This document shows positions 1 through 9,359 of a stretch of DNA of 64,000 nt, piece by piece (position 1 is the first letter of the stretch; each line of letters begins with the position of its first letter). The DNA lies in the NCBI GenBank assembly GCA_050693935.1, contig JBOGWU010000277.1, forward strand, positions 1,289-65,288, in the 5' to 3' direction. The DNA comes from Actinomycetota bacterium (GTDB taxonomy: Bacteria; Actinomycetota; CADDZG01; WHSQ01). A program made the position numbers and the translations under genes. Under the pieces are notes generated by a model. It was not told the origin of the DNA, did not search any database, and saw only the letters and a program-made list of their open reading frames with translations.

Positions 1-1049
<1,049 letters not shown>

Positions 1050-1098
1050 TCAGCGAGCCCCGACACTTGCGAGAGCAGATGCGCACTACAGTGAACCC

Positions 1099-1659
1099 AT
1101 GGCGCCCCTTTCGCCCCCCGATTCGCTGCACGACGGCGTCGTCGCCATCCGCTCGTGGGAGAACTCCGACCTCGATCGGCTGCTCGACCTCTTGGCCGAT
1201 CCCGAGATCCCCCGCTGGACCGGGATCCCGATCCCCTACACTCGCAAGGACGCCAAGGTCTTCTTCAAGTCCAACGCCCGGCAGGAGGCCATGGGCGTAG
1301 GTACCGACTCTGCGATCACCGACGCGGTCGGCGGCAAGTTGCTCGGAGGAGTCGGGCTCAAGCTTCATGTCGTTCACTCGAGCGCCGAGGTTGGCTACTG
1401 GGTGGCTGCCGGGGTTCGCAGGCGCGGAATCGCCTCGCGAGCCCTCAGGCTGATGGCTCGCTGGGCGTTCATGGACCTCGACGTAAAGCGACTCGAGTTG
1501 CTCACCCACGTCGGCAACCACGCCTCCGAGGGCGTGGCGCTCAACTGCGGATTCACGCGCGAGGGGGTGCTTCGCAGTTGCAGGGAGATCAAGGGCGAGC
1601 GCGTCGACCTGACCATCTTCTCGCTGCTGCCGAACGACCTCGACGGCCAGAGCACTTAG
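1099..1659 (+). CDS. GNAT family N-acetyltransferase (RimJ/RimL-like)
   Basis: This is ORF 964..1659 trimmed to the in-frame ATG at 1099 (MAPLSPPDSLHDGVVAIRSW...). The upstream part overlaps the ligA start. It has the acetyl-CoA-binding-type segment VGYWVAAGVRRRGIASRALRLMARWAF. Confidence 0.75.
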   Translation: MAPLSPPDSLHDGVVAIRSWENSDLDRLLDLLADPEIPRWTGIPIPYTRKDAKVFFKSNARQEAMGVGTDSAITDAVGGKLLGGVGLKLHVVHSSAEVGYWVAAGVRRRGIASRALRLMARWAFMDLDVKRLELLTHVGNHASEGVALNCGFTREGVLRSCREIKGERVDLTIFSLLPNDLDGQST

Positions 1660-3083
1660 AAGACTCGGCGCAGTGCCGAGCGCGCGGCGAAGGCACCGCA
1701 CATCCCGTGCACTCCCCCGCCGGGAGGACTCGACGACGAGCAGAAATAGAGCTTCCTGTTGGGCGTCGAGTAGGGGTCCAGGCGCGGCGCGGGACGCGTG
1801 AAGAGCTGACCGTAGTGCTGGAGGCCCCCCGAGATGTCACCCCCGATGTAATTGGCGTTGTACCTCTCGAACTCGGGAGCCGAGATGGTGGCCTTGGCAA
1901 GGATCGTGTCGCGAAAGCCGGGGGCGAAGCACTCGATCTGATCGATGATCCGCTCGCTCATGTCCATCGGAGAACCGCTCGGCACGTGGCAATAGGTCCA
2001 CACCGTGTGCTTGCCTTCAGGAGCGCGAGTCGAGTCGAAGATCGATTGCTGCGCGAGCAGGGCATATGGACGATCGGGATGACGGCCGCGCACGACGGCG
2101 TCCTCGGACGCGGCCACCTCCTCCAGGGTGCCGCCGAGATGAATGGTTCCCGCTCGCCGGCACGCATCCGACTTCCACGGGATCGGCTCGCTGAGCGCCA
2201 GGTCGACCTTGAATACGCCGGGGCCGTGCTGATAGCGCTCGAGCCGCCCCCGGTAACGAGGCGGCAATTGATCGCCGGCAATCGCCACGACCTGCCTAGG
2301 GGTGAGGTCGAACAGGACCGCGCGCGCCTCCGGCAGGTCATCCATGGCGGCGATTCGACGTCCAGTAACGAGTTCGCCACCCAGCGACTTCAGGTAGGTA
2401 ACCAGCGCGTCGGTGAGCACCTGGGCGCCGCCCTCGATCGTGGGCCAACCGTAGCCGTGCCCCACGAGCGCGAGCATGATTCCATAGGCCGCGGTGGGGG
2501 CTCGCCTCAGCGACAGCATCGAGTGCGCCGCGATTCCACCCAACAGCGCCTTCGCCCTGTCCTCTTCGTAGAGCGACGTCGCCAGACCGACTGCGGAGCG
2601 AATCGCGGAGGGGCCGAAGCGGGCGAGCGCAAGGGGATGGCGTGGCAGCCTGGCCGGACCCAGGATGTCTAGCACCAGCTTGTCGGTGTTTCGCACCAGC
2701 GGCTCCATGAGCTTGCGATATGCGCGAGCGTCGGCGCCGAGGCCCTCGGCGGTCTCCCCCACCGAGCGCTCGAGCACGGCCGCATCTCCGTCGTCGAGAG
2801 GATGAGCCAGCTGTGTGATCGGGTGACAAAAACGAACGCCGAGATCGGCCAGCGGCATTGACTTGAAGAACGGTGAGGCGAGCGCCAGAGGCTGAATCGC
2901 AGAACACACGTCGTGGGTGAACCCCGGCAGCGTTAGCTCGGCCGAGCGACATCCCCCTCCGGGCGTCTCGGCGGCCTCGAACACGACCACGGACTTCCCT
3001 GCCCTCGCAAGCTCGATGGCTGCGGCGAGCCCGTTGGGGCCGGCTCCGACGACCACGGCGTCGTAGGCGTGTTCCTCAGTCAT
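1656..3083 (-). CDS. Phytoene desaturase-family NAD(P)/FAD-dependent oxidoreductase (CrtI-like)
   Basis: 475 aa with an N-terminal dinucleotide-binding motif YDAVVVGAGPNGLAAAIELARAGKSVVVFE. The length and C-terminal pattern fit CrtI-like amine-oxidase-fold proteins. Confidence 0.75.
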   Translation of the reverse strand: MTEEHAYDAVVVGAGPNGLAAAIELARAGKSVVVFEAAETPGGGCRSAELTLPGFTHDVCSAIQPLALASPFFKSMPLADLGVRFCHPITQLAHPLDDGDAAVLERSVGETAEGLGADARAYRKLMEPLVRNTDKLVLDILGPARLPRHPLALARFGPSAIRSAVGLATSLYEEDRAKALLGGIAAHSMLSLRRAPTAAYGIMLALVGHGYGWPTIEGGAQVLTDALVTYLKSLGGELVTGRRIAAMDDLPEARAVLFDLTPRQVVAIAGDQLPPRYRGRLERYQHGPGVFKVDLALSEPIPWKSDACRRAGTIHLGGTLEEVAASEDAVVRGRHPDRPYALLAQQSIFDSTRAPEGKHTVWTYCHVPSGSPMDMSERIIDQIECFAPGFRDTILAKATISAPEFERYNANYIGGDISGGLQHYGQLFTRPAPRLDPYSTPNRKLYFCSSSSPPGGGVHGMCGAFAARSALRRVF

Positions 3084-3135
3084 GCCCCAAGTGTCACCGA
3101 TTGTCCGGGCCTCCGTCGAGGTGAAGGAAGGGGGC

Positions 3136-3933
3136 TTAGCGGCCGCGACGCAATGCTCTGATCGGAGTGCCCATCATGTAGATGCCGGAGCGGATCGCCG
3201 AGTTGTACCGGATGTTGCCGGCGTACCGCCACTGACGCTTCTTGTCTACGCACACGATCTGGGTTTCGACCGCCTCCGAGACGCCGAAGTGCTCGGCCAG
3301 GGCGGTGAGCGTGAAGACCCAGAAGCGATCCTCCTTACGGTGACCGCCGAACATGAGTCCGAGCTCGAACAAGGGATCGTTGGCTCGAAGCAGCACGTGC
3401 GCCTGCGCGGTAGTCACGCCGTCGGGACCCTCGAACGCGGAGAAGGTGATGAAGGAGGCGAACATGTGCCCCTCAGGAGTCATGAACGTGAACGACTCGT
3501 CGTCCGCGTACATCACGAGCACGCCGGTCGATAGCGTCAGTTTTCCCGGCATGGCGAGATTTAGCAGCGCGACGTCCCCGGGCGCGATGCCGGTGAGCGG
3601 ACCGTAGAAACGGTTTCCATCCGGCCAGAAGCTGGGGAACTTCGCCTTCCAGGTCGCCACCACTTCCTGCGGCGTCACTCCGGCCCCCGTCATCGGAATC
3701 TTGTAGGTCTTCTGCCACATCTTGCCGAAGCCCTGCATCGGGCTGGTCTGACGGCGACCGGTGACGTTGATGTTGCGGGCCTCGGGGGGAACCTCGCCGA
3801 GGCTCAGTGACTTGGTGGCGCGGGCCCAATAGGCGGCGTCGCGGGCGATCTTCTCCGCGATCTCCTCCGCCGGCTCTGCGGTCTCCTCAGTGGGGGCGGT
3901 CTCGGGAAGTTCCTCTGCAGTCATTTCAACCAC
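3136..3933 (-). CDS. Hypothetical protein, last gene of the partner-switching operon
   Basis: 265-aa ORF with coding-like composition. Its start lies 4 nt after the stop of the STAS gene at 3938. I recognise no family with confidence. Confidence 0.5.
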   Translation of the reverse strand: MVEMTAEELPETAPTEETAEPAEEIAEKIARDAAYWARATKSLSLGEVPPEARNINVTGRRQTSPMQGFGKMWQKTYKIPMTGAGVTPQEVVATWKAKFPSFWPDGNRFYGPLTGIAPGDVALLNLAMPGKLTLSTGVLVMYADDESFTFMTPEGHMFASFITFSAFEGPDGVTTAQAHVLLRANDPLFELGLMFGGHRKEDRFWVFTLTALAEHFGVSEAVETQIVCVDKKRQWRYAGNIRYNSAIRSGIYMMGTPIRALRRGR

Positions 3934-3937
3934 CCGT

Positions 3938-4291
3938 TCACGAGGCGCCGGCGGCGGTTAGCGCGTCGGCCTCGGTGTCGTAGATGCCCACGGCCTCATC
4001 GAGGCGCGTCAGCTCGAATATCTGGCGGTAGTGATCGGTGAGCCCGAATGCGAACAGCCGTTGCTTCTGGCGGTTGGTGCGAACCAGCAGCGTGACCAGG
4101 AGGCCGATGCCCGAACTGTTCATGTATTCGAGGTCGGTGAAGTTCAACAAGATCACCTGGGGCCGGGACTCGTTCGCTTCGGCGAAGGCACTCATGAGCG
4201 CATCATCCGAGGCCGCGGTCACCTCACCCTTGATGTCGATGATCGCGGCGCCTGGTCCTGCGTCACGAACGCCTAGCACTTCGTTCGTCAT
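3938..4291 (-). CDS. STAS-domain anti-sigma-factor antagonist (SpoIIAA/RsbV-like)
   Basis: 117 aa. The motif LNFTDLEYMNSSGIGLLVTL contains the conserved phosphorylatable Ser context (MNSSG). Confidence 0.85.
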   Translation of the reverse strand: MTNEVLGVRDAGPGAAIIDIKGEVTAASDDALMSAFAEANESRPQVILLNFTDLEYMNSSGIGLLVTLLVRTNRQKQRLFAFGLTDHYRQIFELTRLDEAVGIYDTEADALTAAGAS

Positions 4292-4359
4292 ACCTTCCTC
4301 CTCACCAGAGCCAACCGTTGCTGTCTTTGCGCCAAACGACCGTCACGACGATCGTTCCA

Positions 4360-4713
4360 CTAGGCTTTTGCTGCGAGTCCCTCGACCGCGCCGGCCTCAT
4401 CTCCGTGAATGTCGATGAAGTCCGACAGGCGGGTGATGTCGAAGATCTCCTTGTAGTGATCCATCAGCCCGAAGGCCCTGACCGCCTTGTTGGTTTCGCG
4501 CGCTCGACCGAGCAACCCGACGATCAGCGCTATCCCGGTCGAATTGATGTACGTCGCCTTCGAGAAGTTGAGGACGACCACCGACGCGTCTCCCACCGCA
4601 TCCCAGGCCGCCTGCAATGCCTTCTCGGCGGTTCCGTCGAGCTGACCGGCAAGGTCGATGATCGCGACGTCTCCAGTGTGGCGAACGCTGGCCACGAAGG
4701 CATTAGCGTCCAT
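4360..4713 (-). CDS. STAS-domain anti-sigma-factor antagonist (second copy)
   Basis: 117 aa, LNFSKATYINSTGIALIVGLL. Its start overlaps the stop of the upstream PP2C/kinase gene by 11 nt. Confidence 0.85.
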   Translation of the reverse strand: MDANAFVASVRHTGDVAIIDLAGQLDGTAEKALQAAWDAVGDASVVVLNFSKATYINSTGIALIVGLLGRARETNKAVRAFGLMDHYKEIFDITRLSDFIDIHGDEAGAVEGLAAKA

Positions 4714-6316
4714 GGGCGTCCCCTTTCAGGTGGAAGGTGAGTTCGACGGTGCGAGTGCTGCCATCACTTGTTACGTCCAGATCGTCGACCATGCTCTCGA
4801 TGAGGAACAGCCCCCATCCGCGCGGCTTCTGGCGGCCCTCGAGCTTGGCCTCGAGATTAGGCGCTTCCGGGTGAGCGAGTATTTCCGATCCACCCGTATC
4901 CGTGATCCGCACCCGAAGGTCGCCGCCGGCCACCTCGGCCACGATGCCTACCGGAATCAGCGGATCGTTGTGGTTGCCGTGCTCGATGGCGTTCATGGTT
5001 GCCTCGGCTACCGCGGTCTTGAGTCGTTCGAGCTGAGCGGCAGGCAGGCCGAGATCCACCACCGCGTCGGCAACCATCGCGAGCGCCTTCCGTTCGTTGC
5101 CCGGCTCACTGGGGAGGTCGAATTCGACGAGCACCCCGCTCGTGTTCTGATCCTCCATCGCACCAGCTTGCATCGCGTGCCCGGAGCGCTGCAAGGTCAC
5201 GAGGGTGATGTCGTCCTCTTGGTCCCACGCCGGCCCCACGAACCCGTCCAGGGCTTCCAGCAACTGGTCGATCAGGTCCTCGCCCCCGCGTCCCTCGCCG
5301 ACGATGCCCATCAGGCGGGGAAAACCGAACATCTCGCGCTCGGGGCTGTGAGCCTCGGCCAGGCCATCGGAGTGCATGAGCATGCTGTCCCCCGGCTCGA
5401 GCGTCGCCAGCTTTTCCTCGTAAGACATGTCGGGGAGCAATCCCAGCGGCATGCCCGTGGCGCGCAACTCGATGGTGTCGCCGCCGCTGCCCACGTAGGG
5501 AAGGTTGTGACCCGCATTGGCGAAGCGCAACGTGCCCGCAACCGGATCGAGGACCGCGTAGAGGCAGGTAACGAACATCTTGGGAGGCATGTCATCGACC
5601 AGCAGCGCGTTTACCCGCTCGAGCACCTTTGAGGGTGAGACCAGCCTGGGGGCCTCGGCCCTCAGCAGACTGTGAGTCGTGGCCATGACCAGCGCCGCCG
5701 GGACGCCCTTGTCGGTGACGTCGCCGACGACTATCCCGATCTTGTTGTCGGGGAGCTCGATGAAGTCGTAGAAGTCGCCCCCCACCTCGCGAGCGGGCCG
5801 GTAGTAGGCGGCAACGTGCCATCCCGGAAGGTCGGGGAGGTCGCGCGGCAGAAACTGCTGCTGGATGAGCTGTGCCACCCGCAACTCCTGTTCCACGCGC
5901 TCTCGCTCGCGAGCCTGGCTCTCCTGCTGGCGCACCAGCTGGGCCACGCGCACCGCGGGTGCCGCCTGTCCCGCCAGCGCGTCCAGCAGCTTGCGGTCGT
6001 CGGCGGAGTAGTCCTGTTCGCTGAGCCTAGGCCCGAGATTCAGGAGCCCTACGAGCTCGCCTTGGGTAACCAGCGGAACCACTATCCGAACTCCGGCCTC
6101 GAGGAGCTCCTCGCGTGCCGGCGAGTCCAGATGGAGGGATTCGAGCTCGACGGCGCCGGCCGCGGATTGGAAGTAGGCCAGGATCGGGTCATTGGGCGCG
6201 ATATCGACCGGAGCGACCTCCATGTCCCGGCGCGCAGGGGTGGAGTCGGCGTCGACCCTGACCTGCTCCCGGCGACGCCCTATGAAACGCCTCAACACAC
6301 CCGCTCCGGCACTCAT
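4703..6316 (-). CDS. Fusion protein with a GAF-like N-terminus, a PP2C (SpoIIE/RsbU-type) phosphatase and a C-terminal RsbW-like HATPase anti-sigma kinase domain
   Basis: 537 aa. The PP2C block is GGDFYDFIELPDNKIGIVVGDVTDKGVPAAL...FANAGHNLPY...LMHSDGLAEA...DDITLVTLQR. The C-terminal block is AVAEATMNAIEHGN...RVRITDTGG...GWGLFLIESMVDDLD. The SD aaaggag lies upstream of the ATG at 6314-6316. Confidence 0.85.
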   Translation of the reverse strand: MSAGAGVLRRFIGRRREQVRVDADSTPARRDMEVAPVDIAPNDPILAYFQSAAGAVELESLHLDSPAREELLEAGVRIVVPLVTQGELVGLLNLGPRLSEQDYSADDRKLLDALAGQAAPAVRVAQLVRQQESQARERERVEQELRVAQLIQQQFLPRDLPDLPGWHVAAYYRPAREVGGDFYDFIELPDNKIGIVVGDVTDKGVPAALVMATTHSLLRAEAPRLVSPSKVLERVNALLVDDMPPKMFVTCLYAVLDPVAGTLRFANAGHNLPYVGSGGDTIELRATGMPLGLLPDMSYEEKLATLEPGDSMLMHSDGLAEAHSPEREMFGFPRLMGIVGEGRGGEDLIDQLLEALDGFVGPAWDQEDDITLVTLQRSGHAMQAGAMEDQNTSGVLVEFDLPSEPGNERKALAMVADAVVDLGLPAAQLERLKTAVAEATMNAIEHGNHNDPLIPVGIVAEVAGGDLRVRITDTGGSEILAHPEAPNLEAKLEGRQKPRGWGLFLIESMVDDLDVTSDGSTRTVELTFHLKGDAHGR

Positions 6317-6346
6317 CTCATGCTCCTTTTACGCCCGTTCCGTTCC

Positions 6347-6361
6347 CGAATCGTTACGAGA
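6347..6361. promoter_or_regulatory. 15-nt motif CGAATCGTTACGAGA (palindromic core TCGTTACGA), copy 1, in the divergent intergenic region upstream of the partner-switching operon
   Basis: Identical 15-mer to 15421-15435. It lies 30 nt upstream of the ATG at 6316 on the minus strand. The core is TCGT-N-ACGA. Confidence 0.4.
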
Positions 6362-6505
6362 GCCCGTAGGGGCAAAACTTTCATCTCCGGCAATCCCAGA
6401 CAACCGCCATTAAGAGGCTCAGAGGCGTCACACCCACCGAATAGCCTGATCCTGCCCTGAGCGTCCGCGCCGCTCCGCTTGCCCCTATCGAAGGAGAAGA
6501 CCAAA

Positions 6506-6886
6506 ATGGTGGCAGATGAAAAAGCGCGCGCCGAGTTACAGCGCAGACTCGATGAGATCCTCGGTCCCGAGCCGGCGGCAACCCTGATGGGCGCGCTGCC
6601 CTCGGAGCCTGTGGCGACCAAGGTCACCCTCGATGCCCTCGAAGAGAGGATGAACCTCCGATTCGAGCAAGTCGACCTGCGCTTCGATCTGTTCGACGAG
6701 AAGATGGATCTGCGCTTCGAGCTCTTCGAGAATCGCATTCTCGCGGCTTTGCACGAGGCCATCGGGCTGGTCCGGTCGGATTTCTCGACCCAGTTGATCG
6801 CGCAGACACGCACCTTTGTCTTCGCCACCATCTCCACTCTGATCGCCCTGGCCGCCCTCGGGGTCGCCGCCCTTCGGTTCTCGTAG
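6506..6886 (+). CDS. Small coiled-coil protein with a C-terminal transmembrane anchor
   Basis: This is ORF 6479..6886 trimmed to the ATG at 6506, which sits 8 nt after the SD aaggaga. It has internal repeats MNLRFEQV / DLRFDLFDEK / MDLRFELFENR and a hydrophobic tail FVFATISTLIALAALGVAAL. Confidence 0.5.
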   Translation: MVADEKARAELQRRLDEILGPEPAATLMGALPSEPVATKVTLDALEERMNLRFEQVDLRFDLFDEKMDLRFELFENRILAALHEAIGLVRSDFSTQLIAQTRTFVFATISTLIALAALGVAALRFS

Positions 6887-6899
6887 GCTCTCGCGGCGC

Positions 6900-8117
6900 T
6901 CATCTCGAATCTCCTCCACCGCTCTCGCGAGCTTCGGTGGCCAGCCACAGCGAAGCCTGAGATGGGTTGATGGTCGAGTCGACCACGTTCACGAGGTCTG
7001 TGGTGAGTACCTCGAGGTCCACTTCGCGCCGGAGTCGAGCACCGAAATCGTTGAGGGTGCGTTCGGCATCGTAGCGACTGCGATTGAAGCGCCGGTCGAC
7101 CAGGGATTGCAACCTGGCCTTGAGGGGGCCGAAGGCCGCAATCACGCCGAGGGTCGAGGCGGCCACGATCACGGGCGAGTCCTCGCCGAGCGGAAGCACC
7201 GACTGCAGCGCCAGCACCGCCAGGAGGTAGCCGCCGGCCAGAATGGCGGAGAGCAGTCCGTAGGACACCGTCCGGCTGATGATCCGGTCTATGTCGTACA
7301 GCCGGTACCGGAGGATCGCGATGCCGACCGCCGCGGGAATAGTGAGGAACGCGGCGGTGGAGAGCAGTTGCCTCCAGAACCCGGACACGGGGATGAACGC
7401 GTTAACGATGAAGTCGGCCAGCACCAGAGCGCCGGCCAAGAGCAGCCACTTGATCTGCAGGCGCTCGACCCCGGATGACCTTCGCCACCGGAGAAGCAGC
7501 GACACGACGGAGGCAAGGAATCCAATCGCGATCAAGGCGAGAGAAACCGGTATCAAGACCCCGGCGATGCTCTCCGCGTCGATGGACTCAGGATCGATCA
7601 GCAGGGTCCTCCCCCTGAACTCCCAGGTTGCGATCGCGACCGGCCCCGTGACCAGCAAGCCGGCAACCAGGGGCGGCAACAAGGCCCAGCGCCAGCCTCG
7701 GTGCCAGAACCGGCCCGAGGGGAACAGCAGGAACAGGGGCGGCAGCAGGACGATCGGCCAGATCCAGATCCACTGGTAGAACCAGGCCGCCGCGGCCGCC
7801 CCCGGCAACGACTCGGGATCGACCACTAGGCCGCGAAGCGCGTCCTCCCCGGCGAAGTTGCCGGCGAACCCCACCAGCGGCGCCAGCAGAAACAGCCAGC
7901 CGATCGGATTCTCCGGACGGCGCGCGGTGATCAGGGCTCCGATGACCGGAAAAGCAAGAAACGTGATCCTGTCGATGTAGTCGCCGGCGCGCGAGCCGAA
8001 CTCGCGGGGGAGCTCGGCGGAAGATGACCAGGTCATTAGCGCGAGCGTCATGGCGGTAATGACCACGCCCAAAGCGAACAACGACCAGGCGAGCCTCGCC
8101 GCATTGCGCCGGGTCAC
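6900..8117 (-). CDS. Array paralog 7 (last in transcription order): polytopic membrane protein, sensor-module-like
   Basis: This is the C-terminal 405 codons of the 819-aa ORF 6900..9359. The GTG at 8115-8117 overlaps the stop of paralog 6 (GTGA). Motifs present: ARRPENPIGWLFLL, LLFPSGRFWHRGWRW, LRWRRSSGVERLQIKW, LRYRLYDIDRIISRT, VDRRFNRSRYDAERT, ASLWL. Confidence 0.8.
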   Translation of the reverse strand: MTRRNAARLAWSLFALGVVITAMTLALMTWSSSAELPREFGSRAGDYIDRITFLAFPVIGALITARRPENPIGWLFLLAPLVGFAGNFAGEDALRGLVVDPESLPGAAAAAWFYQWIWIWPIVLLPPLFLLFPSGRFWHRGWRWALLPPLVAGLLVTGPVAIATWEFRGRTLLIDPESIDAESIAGVLIPVSLALIAIGFLASVVSLLLRWRRSSGVERLQIKWLLLAGALVLADFIVNAFIPVSGFWRQLLSTAAFLTIPAAVGIAILRYRLYDIDRIISRTVSYGLLSAILAGGYLLAVLALQSVLPLGEDSPVIVAASTLGVIAAFGPLKARLQSLVDRRFNRSRYDAERTLNDFGARLRREVDLEVLTTDLVNVVDSTINPSQASLWLATEARESGGGDSR

Positions 8118-9359
8118 GGTCTTCCCCCCGAGCCACTCAGCCACAATGAGACGTGAGCCGGTTGCATTGTGGTGCGCACAACGCCGACCAGATCGGACGA
8201 CAGACTGTCGAGGTTGGTCTCCGCTCGCAGCCGTGCCGAGAAGTCGTCGATGGTCCTCGCCGCGTCGTAGCGGCTCCGGTTGAAGCGGCGGTCGACGAAG
8301 CTCTGGACCCTGGCGCGAACAGGTCGGAACAGCGCGACTACAGCGAGAGTCGACGCGGCGACAGTTATCGGTGAATCGTCTGCCACTCGAAGCAGCCTCT
8401 GCAGCGCCAGCACAAGGCCCAGGTAGCCGGCGGCCAGCACTGCAGTCACCACTCCGTAGACGAGCGTGCGATTGATGAGGCGATCGATGTCGTAGAGACC
8501 GTGTCGCACGATGCCTATTCCCTTTGCGACGGGGATGAACGTCAGGCCGAGCATGATCGCCAGGAAGCCGATTAGATCGGCGAGGCTGCCCTTGGGATTT
8601 CCGGCCACCGCAAACAAAACCTGAGCCCCCAATGAAGGCGGCGGCGAAGATCAGCACCGCAAAGACGAACCACCGAATCTGCTGGCGCTCCGAGTGTCCG
8701 GCCCGGCGCCAGCGGACCACCAACGAGGCGATCGCTCCAACCTCGGCGGCCCCGACGGCGACCATAAGCAGTGGATTGTCGGCCAATCCTCGAGCGGCCT
8801 CGATCCCCAACGGGTTAGTCATGCCCTCCACCGCGTCTATCGGTCCGGGCCGCAGCGCGAGCGCCAGGCATAAGGCTCCCAGGCCCAGCCCCGCCAGCCA
8901 CCCCACCCATCTCCAGCGAGGTGAGACCAACCTTCCGGTCGGAAACAGCAGGGTCAAGTACAAGAGAAAGCCGAATCCAGGAACGGCCACCCACAGGGTG
9001 AGCCATCCGAAGAAGGCGGCGAGAGGAAGGGAGCCTGAGCTCTCCACCGACTGGGAGGCATACGCGTCGGCGAACAGGAAGAGGCCGACCAAGAACGAGC
9101 TGCCGAGCATGAGCCAGCCTTCGGGGTTACGGCTCTTTCTAGTAGCGACCAGAGCGCCGGTGCCACCCAAGACCAGCAACCAGCCGTTGACGAGCACGGT
9201 CGCGAAGATCCCGTCCTCGAGGTGCAGGAAGAGCGAGGACAAGAACATGGCCAGCACGAGTCCGATTCCCAAGGATGGGAGCGCCGCGGCCCTGTGGCTG
9301 AGGCCGATCAATGCGCCGCGCTTCTCTATCTCATGGTCGCCGCGTTCGGTTGGAGCCAC
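8114..9359 (-). pseudogene. Array paralog 6, interrupted by a 1-nt frameshift at a C5/G5 run (8626-8630)
   Basis: The N-terminal half (frame of ORF 6900..9359, residues 1 to about 245) ends ...ERQQIRWFVFAVLIFAAAF. The C-terminal half continues in the frame of ORF 8114..8632 (GAQVLFAVAGNPKG...VRHGLYDIDRLINRT...VDRRFNRSRYDAART...AHVSLWL). Deleting one G from cattgggggctc restores a full-length paralog. The start (GTG 9359 or TTG 9311) is uncertain. Confidence 0.8.

Noticed and set aside
6320-6365. Reading the shared motif as a SigB/SigF-type promoter (GTTT-N15-CGTAAC)
   Set aside because: Copy 1 has a GTTTT about 15 nt upstream of CGTAAC on the minus strand. Copy 2 has no matching -35 element, and CGTAAC is only a partial match to GGGTA(C/T). 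I kept it as an unassigned regulatory motif.
6313-6948. The 211-aa minus-strand ORF opposite the small coiled-coil gene
   Set aside because: Its translation is Arg/Ser-rich and low in complexity. It would overlap the start of the PP2C gene and the end of paralog 7. The plus-strand ORF has an SD, repeats and a TM anchor.
8620-8635. Programmed ribosomal frameshift in paralog 6
   Set aside because: There is no slippery heptamer of the X-XXY-YYZ type and no obvious downstream structure. The other six paralogs need no frameshift. A homopolymer indel is the simpler explanation.
6900-9359. The 819-aa ORF as one giant fusion protein
   Set aside because: Its middle ~170 residues are Arg/Pro/Ser-rich nonsense, produced by reading the C-terminal half of paralog 6 out of frame. 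The correct frame is ORF 8114..8632. The ORF resolves into a frameshifted paralog 6 plus an intact paralog 7.
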